A stretch of DNA of 64,000 bases from Sphingomonadales bacterium (GTDB lineage: Bacteria; Pseudomonadota; Alphaproteobacteria; Sphingomonadales; Sphingomonadaceae), in assembly GCA_027491235.1 (NCBI GenBank), contig JAIXWO010000022.1, positions 654,102-718,101 on the forward strand, read 5' to 3'. Below the pieces are notes generated by a model. It made no database searches and had not been told where the DNA came from. It saw only the letters and a program-made list of their open reading frames with translations. Position 1 is the stretch's first letter, and each line of letters opens with the position of its first letter. Shown piece after piece: positions 58,448 to 64,000 of this stretch. The position numbers were made by a program, and so were the translations under genes.

Positions 58448-59284
58448 ATGACCAACCATGTCGAAGGTAAAAGCATCATCATCACCGGCGCAGGCGGCGG
58501 GTTTGGTCGGCTCGTATCTGAAAAGGCTGCCGCCCTTGGCGCGAAGATCATGTGTGCCGACATCGACGCTGCCGCTGCAGAAGCCGTGGCGTCGGCCATC
58601 CGTGCCGATGGTGGCATTGCGCGCGCCGCGGGCGTGGACGTGCGCGACATCGGCCAAATGAAAGGCCTTGCGACCGCGACAGTGGCCGAATTCGGCGCGA
58701 TCGACGTGATGGTCAACAATGCTGGCATCATGCCGCTGGCCTTCTGGGCCGACCATGAGGCCGCACTGGACGCTTGGAACCGCTGCATCGACATCAACCT
58801 GAAGGGCATCATGCACGGCATCATCGCGGTGCACGACCAGATGATCAGCCAGGGCCGTGGTCAGGTCGTCAATGTCGCAAGCATTTACGGCAACTTCCCC
58901 GTGGCGGGCGCTGGCATCTATGGCGCTACCAAGGCCGCCGTCAGCTTCCTGTCCGAAAGCCTGCGCGTAGAATCGCGCGGCAAGATCAAGGTGACGACGG
59001 TCAAGCCGACGGGGGTACCCTCAACCGGCCTCTCCGGCACGATAATCAATCAGGCCGCAAGTGTCGGCATCCTTGGGCAGAACACGCCCGCCTTTTTAGA
59101 GATGGTGGAGCAGATGGGCGCAGGCACCTTCCCCGCCGAACGGCTCGACCCCGAGAATATCGACTATGCCAGCCTCGCGCCCGAACACATTGCCGATGCC
59201 ATCTTGCACGTGATCAACCAGCCTTGGGGCGTTTCGATAGGCGACATCACCGTCCGCGGCGCAGGGGATCACTTCATTCTATAG
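58448..59284 (+). CDS. short-chain dehydrogenase/reductase
   Basis: TGAGGGFG, NNAG, catalytic Ser in NVAS, YGATK. Confidence 0.92.
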   Translation: MTNHVEGKSIIITGAGGGFGRLVSEKAAALGAKIMCADIDAAAAEAVASAIRADGGIARAAGVDVRDIGQMKGLATATVAEFGAIDVMVNNAGIMPLAFWADHEAALDAWNRCIDINLKGIMHGIIAVHDQMISQGRGQVVNVASIYGNFPVAGAGIYGATKAAVSFLSESLRVESRGKIKVTTVKPTGVPSTGLSGTIINQAASVGILGQNTPAFLEMVEQMGAGTFPAERLDPENIDYASLAPEHIADAILHVINQPWGVSIGDITVRGAGDHFIL

Positions 59285-59798
59285 TGCCGAGCGCTGTCCG
59301 GCACACATCGCCCATCCCAATGGCACGGAGGAAGACGGTGCCTTCCAGTGTCACCATCAGGCGTGCGGCATCGATATCGGGCGTATCGCTTTGAAGCTGG
59401 GCCTTGCCCCAGTCGAGAAAGCCGCGCCCAATGGCCTCGCCGATCTGCGAGAGAGTGGCGTCGCCATTGGCAGCGCCACTCGCCACCTCAAGAAAGACGC
59501 GCATATAGGGCGCAAATCCGGGGTCGGAGAGGGCCGCCGACAGCCGAGCCAGCAGCACATCATAGGGTAATGGTTGGGGCGCAGTTGCACCCTCCATCGC
59601 AATAACCATCCGCGCTGCAATGTGCTGCAGCACCTCGGCGATCAGCGCGCTTTTGTCTGTGAAGTAATAGAGCAACATACGGTCGCTCGTCCCAGCAGCC
59701 TTGGCAAGCGGACGCAGACTTGAGGCGGACAGGCCATGGGCGAGTACATGATCGGCCAACTTGTCGAGGATCAGGGCGCGCTTTTCATCGGATGTCAT
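59274..59798 (-). CDS. TetR/AcrR family transcriptional regulator
   Basis: GLSASSLRPLAKAAGTSDRMLLYYF HTH. Confidence 0.9.
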   Translation of the reverse strand: MTSDEKRALILDKLADHVLAHGLSASSLRPLAKAAGTSDRMLLYYFTDKSALIAEVLQHIAARMVIAMEGATAPQPLPYDVLLARLSAALSDPGFAPYMRVFLEVASGAANGDATLSQIGEAIGRGFLDWGKAQLQSDTPDIDAARLMVTLEGTVFLRAIGMGDVCRTALGTIE

Positions 59799-59853
59799 TC
59801 GGCGCTTGTAGCAAGTGCTACAATAATGTGGCAATCTCTACAGGCCGCGATAA

Positions 59854-61182
59854 TCAGGTCGCCGCCGTCGCAGGTTTATACTTCGCCGCATCCGAAGTGA
59901 ACTCGGCATGGCCGTATCCCGCCAACTGACGCCGCAGCTTTGAAATCAGGTGCTGGTCAGCAAGATCGCTGATCACCGGCAACTTGCCTGCGAGACGGTA
60001 GGCCGCCATGCGGAACAGGATGACGGCGATGGTCGCTGCGTAGAGGAATTTGTCCATACCTGTGATGCGAACGCCAACGCGTTCGGCGGCGGCATAATCG
60101 CCGTTTAGAAACGCCTTGGCGAAGAACACCCGCGCAAAGGAGCGTTCCAGCTTCCGGAAGGCGCGGCCCTGCAACGATCGATCGGTCGATAGCTCTGCCT
60201 CCATGGTCGCTCGTAACAGGCCGCCGCAGATCTTATCGTCATATTCGTGGCGCAATGTCGCACTGCGTGTCAGCCAAATGCGGACAATCTCTTCGGGCGT
60301 GTCGGCGAGCAGATCTTCCGGCAGGCCGAGCAAAAAGCAGCGGTAACGCGCCAGCTCCACCCGCGCCCGCTCAGCAGGCGTGAACGCCTTACGCCCCGCC
60401 TTCAGCACGTCGTTCGACAGAAAATAGATGGGGATGAGGCCAGCAGGCATCTGGTCCAGCTGCGGGATCGGCACGCCATAGGTCTTTTCATCCCACATGC
60501 CGGGCCGAGAAAGGACATTCACCCGCACCATCGAGTGCATCAACCGCACCATGGCGGCCGCATGAAATCCCGGGCCAAACCGCTGCAGCGCGCCGGGAAG
60601 GATCGTCGTGGTGAAGAAGGTCGCGGTTTCCTTCACCCGCCGTGCCGCCGTCGCATGGCTCAATGTTCCCGTTAGCGCCATGGGGAGTGCCGAATACTTG
60701 TTGAGGAAAGTGGCGATGAAGGCGCCACGGATCGCGAAAGGCGACAGGTTGGCCGCGCTATTGCGCTCTTCCTTGGCGCCCGCTTCGACCATGCGCATAT
60801 CGAGCCAGTCGGGCACGCGCTCCATCTCTGTGATCAGCGCGACGAGTTCCGGCGGCGCGTTGGGCACGGCGTCCAGCCCCTTGTCACACGCCGTCCGCAG
60901 CATATCGACGAGCGGACGGAAGCCGTATTGCGGCATCAGCGCTGCATAGGCATCGCCGGTGATGTCGCCGAGATTGGTATATTCACGAAAGCGCCCGACG
61001 AGATCGCTGTCCTTGAGCATTTCTTCGCGCGGAAAGGCAGAGCCTGCTCGGAATTCGGTTACATCTTCCGGCTTAGCCGCAAAGCGCTCCGGCATCTGAT
61101 CGAAATCAAAGCGGTCATACAAGGCGGGCAGAAGTTCCTTTTGGGAACGAACGCGGGCGGCGATCTGGTCAACGGTGCTCAT
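59854..61182 (-). CDS. MpaB/Lcp-like (DUF2236) heme oxygenase-family protein
   Basis: GDITGDAY, VPDWLD, RRVKET, VRLMHSMVR (heme-His-like motif), YGVPIPQ, FLLGL. Start ATG 61182. Confidence 0.8.
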   Translation of the reverse strand: MSTVDQIAARVRSQKELLPALYDRFDFDQMPERFAAKPEDVTEFRAGSAFPREEMLKDSDLVGRFREYTNLGDITGDAYAALMPQYGFRPLVDMLRTACDKGLDAVPNAPPELVALITEMERVPDWLDMRMVEAGAKEERNSAANLSPFAIRGAFIATFLNKYSALPMALTGTLSHATAARRVKETATFFTTTILPGALQRFGPGFHAAAMVRLMHSMVRVNVLSRPGMWDEKTYGVPIPQLDQMPAGLIPIYFLSNDVLKAGRKAFTPAERARVELARYRCFLLGLPEDLLADTPEEIVRIWLTRSATLRHEYDDKICGGLLRATMEAELSTDRSLQGRAFRKLERSFARVFFAKAFLNGDYAAAERVGVRITGMDKFLYAATIAVILFRMAAYRLAGKLPVISDLADQHLISKLRRQLAGYGHAEFTSDAAKYKPATAAT

Positions 61183-61243
61183 GAACCCATGCTGCGTCAG
61201 GATTGACGGACACGTCAACCCTCACATGCAACAGCCCAACCCG

Positions 61244-61846
61244 TCAGCCCTTATAGGAGGGGATCGCCCAACCTTTCACAATGGCCATCGCCCGCAACGC
61301 AAAGCCCGCCAGAGCGCCGATAATGGCTGCGATGAGCAATGGCACGCCTGCCCATCCCATCAACACAAACAACCCAGCTGCAAGCGCCGCCGCGGTCACA
61401 TAGATTTCAGGGCGCAGCAGGATCGAGGGCTCACCTGCCAGAACATCACGGATGATCCCACCGACGCAGGCCGTGATGACGCCCATCAGCACTGCGGTGA
61501 TCGGCGCAATGCCCATGGCAAGCGTTTTGGACGCGCCCAAGACCGCGTAGACCGACAGCCCAACCGCATCGAACCAGTCGAGCGCCCTGCCCTGCCACCA
61601 GCGCACCGGTGTGATCCAGATCAGCCCTACCACCGCCAGGCAGATGGCTGGCACGCGCCAATCTTGCACCCAGAAAACCGGCGCACCGATCAGCAAATCG
61701 CGCACTGTCCCTCCACCCACACCCGTCACAAGCGCGAAGAAGGAGAAGGTGACCAGTGTTTGCCCACGATACGCCGCCGCTAGCGCGCCCGACGCCGCAA
61801 AAACCGCGATACCAAACAGATCGAGCCAGACGGGCAACGGGATCAC
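61244..61846 (-). CDS. UPF0126 / trimeric intracellular cation channel family membrane protein
   Basis: Duplicated motifs ASGA...TGVGGGTVRD and DAVGL...TACVGGIIRDVL; GTG start overlaps the PepSY stop (GTGA). Confidence 0.9.
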   Translation of the reverse strand: MIPLPVWLDLFGIAVFAASGALAAAYRGQTLVTFSFFALVTGVGGGTVRDLLIGAPVFWVQDWRVPAICLAVVGLIWITPVRWWQGRALDWFDAVGLSVYAVLGASKTLAMGIAPITAVLMGVITACVGGIIRDVLAGEPSILLRPEIYVTAAALAAGLFVLMGWAGVPLLIAAIIGALAGFALRAMAIVKGWAIPSYKG

Positions 61847-62532
61847 GGCGTTTTGCCTTTCTGCGTTCGCCGCGACGCGAGCGGCAGGAGCACCAGCCCA
61901 AGGATGGTGCCAATACCGGCAAACGCCGCCATCACAATCAGGATCGGATGATGCGTATCCTCGCGTGTCTGAAGGTCCATGATGTGCAGCCCCCACATGA
62001 AATCAAACCAACGCCACTGATCTGTCCGCACAGCCAGAAGTGCGCCGCTATCGGCGTCGATAAAAACATGGGTCCCGTCATCAAAATCAGCTTCCCATGC
62101 CGGACGCCCTCTTCGAAGCTCCAGCGGGTTCTTGTCTGCTGCCACAAACCTTAGCGCCTCAAGCTTGGCCGTGCCCGCATAACTCGCAAGAGCCGCCTGA
62201 CGCGCCTCTAGGAGCGAAAGACGCTTGAGATATCGCCCCGTCGCCGGGTCCGACCGCCCGACGCCGCCATCGGCATAGTCGATGGTCCATTGCGCGCCCC
62301 AAGGGCGCTGTTCCAGCTTGGCGGACAGGATCGGGCGGCCATCCGTCTTCGGCGCTATCACCTGAGCCGGCAGAACAAGCCGGGCGGGTTCCGCCTTGAG
62401 GTGCGTGCCGCGCACTTCCTCAATGGGCCGCGCGACCATCCAGAGACCGCTCACGGTCCAAAGCAGAAGCGGAATGCCGATCAGCCAGCCGGTCCACAGA
62501 TGGAGCCGGTAAAAAGCGCGCCGTGGCCGCAT
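61843..62532 (-). CDS. PepSY-associated TM helix domain protein
   Basis: RLHLWTGWLIGIPLLLWTVSG, VFIDADSG, WRWFDFMWGLHIMD. Confidence 0.85.
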   Translation of the reverse strand: MRPRRAFYRLHLWTGWLIGIPLLLWTVSGLWMVARPIEEVRGTHLKAEPARLVLPAQVIAPKTDGRPILSAKLEQRPWGAQWTIDYADGGVGRSDPATGRYLKRLSLLEARQAALASYAGTAKLEALRFVAADKNPLELRRGRPAWEADFDDGTHVFIDADSGALLAVRTDQWRWFDFMWGLHIMDLQTREDTHHPILIVMAAFAGIGTILGLVLLPLASRRTQKGKTP

Positions 62533-62535
62533 TGA

Positions 62536-63930
62536 TTACATGTGGATCGGTTTGCCGGTCACAGCCATCGCCGCTTCCTTCAGCGCCTCCGCATGTGTCG
62601 GGTGCGCGTGACAGGTGTAAGCGATGTCTTCGCTCGTCGCACCAAACTCCATGGCGAGCGCGGCTTCGGCGATCATCGTGCCCGCAAGCGAGGCGACAAT
62701 GTGCACGCCGAGCACACGGTCGGTCTTGGCATCGGCGATGACCTTCACAAAGCCGTCGGTATCGCGGTTGGTCTTGGCGCGGCTGTTCGCCATCATCGGG
62801 AACTTGCCGACCTTGATCTCGCCCTTTTCCTTCGCCTGCTCTTCGGTCAGGCCGACGCTGGCGAACTCGGGCATGGTGTAGACCACGCCGGGGATGACGT
62901 CATGGTTCACAATGCCGGTCAGGCCTGCACAGAATTCGGCAGCGGCAATGCCCTCATCCTCAGCCTTGTGCGCGAGCATGGGTCCGGGCGTGACATCACC
63001 AACCGCATAGATGCCGGGCACTTTGGTCTGGAAATCATGGCCGACCTCGATCTGCCCGCGCGCGTTGAGCGCGACGCCCGCCTTGTCGAGCGCCAAGCCT
63101 TCGGTGTTCGGACGACGACCAATGGCCACGAGCACGCAATCGGCCTCCAGCGTTTCGGCAGCGCCGCCAGCAGCGGGCTCGACCGTCACAGTCGCCTTGC
63201 CGCCCTTGACCGCAACACCGGTCACCTTGGTCGACAGCTTGAGCGCCATGCCCTGTTTCTTGAAGATCTTGGCCGCTTCCTTGCGGACTTCACCGTCCAT
63301 GCCGGGCAGCAGCTGATCGAGATATTCGACCACCGTAACCTCGGCGCCAAGACGCTTCCACACGCTGCCCAGTTCCAGCCCGATGACCCCGCCACCGATA
63401 ACAATGAGATGCTTGGGCACCTTGGGCAGGGAAAGCGCGCCGGTGGAATCGACGACAACCTTCTGGTCAACCTCGACACCCGGCAATGGCGTGACCGAAG
63501 ACCCTGTCGCGATCATGATCTTCTTCGCGGTATAGGCGGTGCCACCGACATCAATGCTGTTGGGCGAGGTGAACGCCGCGCGACCCTTGATCCAGGTGAC
63601 CTTGTTCTTCTTGAACAGAAACTCGATCCCGCCGGTCAGCTCGCCCACGGCCTTGGCCTTTTCGGCCTGCATCGCGGGGATATCGACCTTCACATCCTTG
63701 AAAGTGATACCGAACTTGGTCAGCGACCCGGAATGGGCTTCCTCATAAAGTTCGGACGCGTGCAACAACGCTTTGGAGGGGATGCAGCCGACATTCAGGC
63801 ATGTGCCACCCAACGTCTCGCGGCTTTCGACACACGCCGTCTTCAGGCCGAGCTGCGCCGCACGGATCGCCGCCACATAACCACCCGGGCCTGCGCCGAT
63901 GACGATAAGGTCGAAATTGGTGTCGCTCAT
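62536..63930 (-). CDS. lpdA: dihydrolipoyl dehydrogenase (E3)
   Basis: GAGPGGY, GGTCLNVGCIPSK, GGGVIGLE, LAHKAEDEG, HAHPT; GGAGA RBS before ATG 63930. Confidence 0.97.
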   Translation of the reverse strand: MSDTNFDLIVIGAGPGGYVAAIRAAQLGLKTACVESRETLGGTCLNVGCIPSKALLHASELYEEAHSGSLTKFGITFKDVKVDIPAMQAEKAKAVGELTGGIEFLFKKNKVTWIKGRAAFTSPNSIDVGGTAYTAKKIMIATGSSVTPLPGVEVDQKVVVDSTGALSLPKVPKHLIVIGGGVIGLELGSVWKRLGAEVTVVEYLDQLLPGMDGEVRKEAAKIFKKQGMALKLSTKVTGVAVKGGKATVTVEPAAGGAAETLEADCVLVAIGRRPNTEGLALDKAGVALNARGQIEVGHDFQTKVPGIYAVGDVTPGPMLAHKAEDEGIAAAEFCAGLTGIVNHDVIPGVVYTMPEFASVGLTEEQAKEKGEIKVGKFPMMANSRAKTNRDTDGFVKVIADAKTDRVLGVHIVASLAGTMIAEAALAMEFGATSEDIAYTCHAHPTHAEALKEAAMAVTGKPIHM

Positions 63931-63946
63931 CTCTATCTCCAATTGT

Positions 63947-63966
63947 GCTCCGGCGAAGGCCGGAGC
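63947..63966. repeat. REP-like palindrome
   Basis: GCTCCGGC-GAAG-GCCGGAGC perfect 8-bp stem with a tetraloop, intergenic. Confidence 0.65.
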
Positions 63967-63975
63967 CCAGGGCCG

Positions 63976-64000
63976 TTAGCGCATCAGTTCGTCGAACAGA
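63976..64000 (-). CDS. 3' end of an upstream gene (...LFDELMR*), truncated by the window edge
   Basis: Only 7 codons and TAA visible; not identifiable. Confidence 0.35.

Noticed and set aside
61847-61996. N-terminal extension of the UPF0126 ORF
   Set aside because: Overlaps the PepSY gene; GTG 61846 with GTGA coupling gives a family-typical length.

Overview
A 64 kb, GC-rich stretch of core chromosome from an alphaproteobacterium, most likely Sphingomonadales. The taxonomy is inferred from gene order such as pyrF-trpF-trpB-trpA-accD-folC and aroK-aroB opposite xerD-accA, from a PEPxxWA-CTERM protein, and from GTTC-N7-GTTC LexA boxes. About 68 CDSs and one tRNA-Arg(CCT) are supported. I found no CRISPR array, IS, prophage or integrative element. 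Most genes are housekeeping (leuB, recO, serS, rimO, argC, accA, xerD, aroK/B, radA, trp genes, uvrD, cysK, sppA, lpdA). Most notable observations: (1) a translationally coupled operon at 2878-5922 encoding a CE4 deacetylase, a CelD/HfsK-like GNAT and a JmjC-type Fe/2OG oxygenase, which reads like an undescribed deacetylate/re-acylate/hydroxylate tailoring pathway for a surface glycan; (2) a chromosomal bleomycin-binding gene 3 nt upstream of trpF, mirroring the bleMBL-trpF segment that travels with blaNDM but with pyrF where the beta-lactamase would be; (3) rcdA clustered with two divergent DUF465 genes and a stand-alone canonical PilZ protein; (4) a Ser/Gly-repeat surface protein with a variant PAP-CTERM tail; (5) an MpaB/Lcp-like oxygenase-TetR-SDR unit and an ICMT-like membrane methyltransferase, all with unknown substrates. 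All family assignments come from motif recognition and recall; no database searches were run. Many start codons were moved inward from the ORF track on the basis of RBS or family-typical N-termini.
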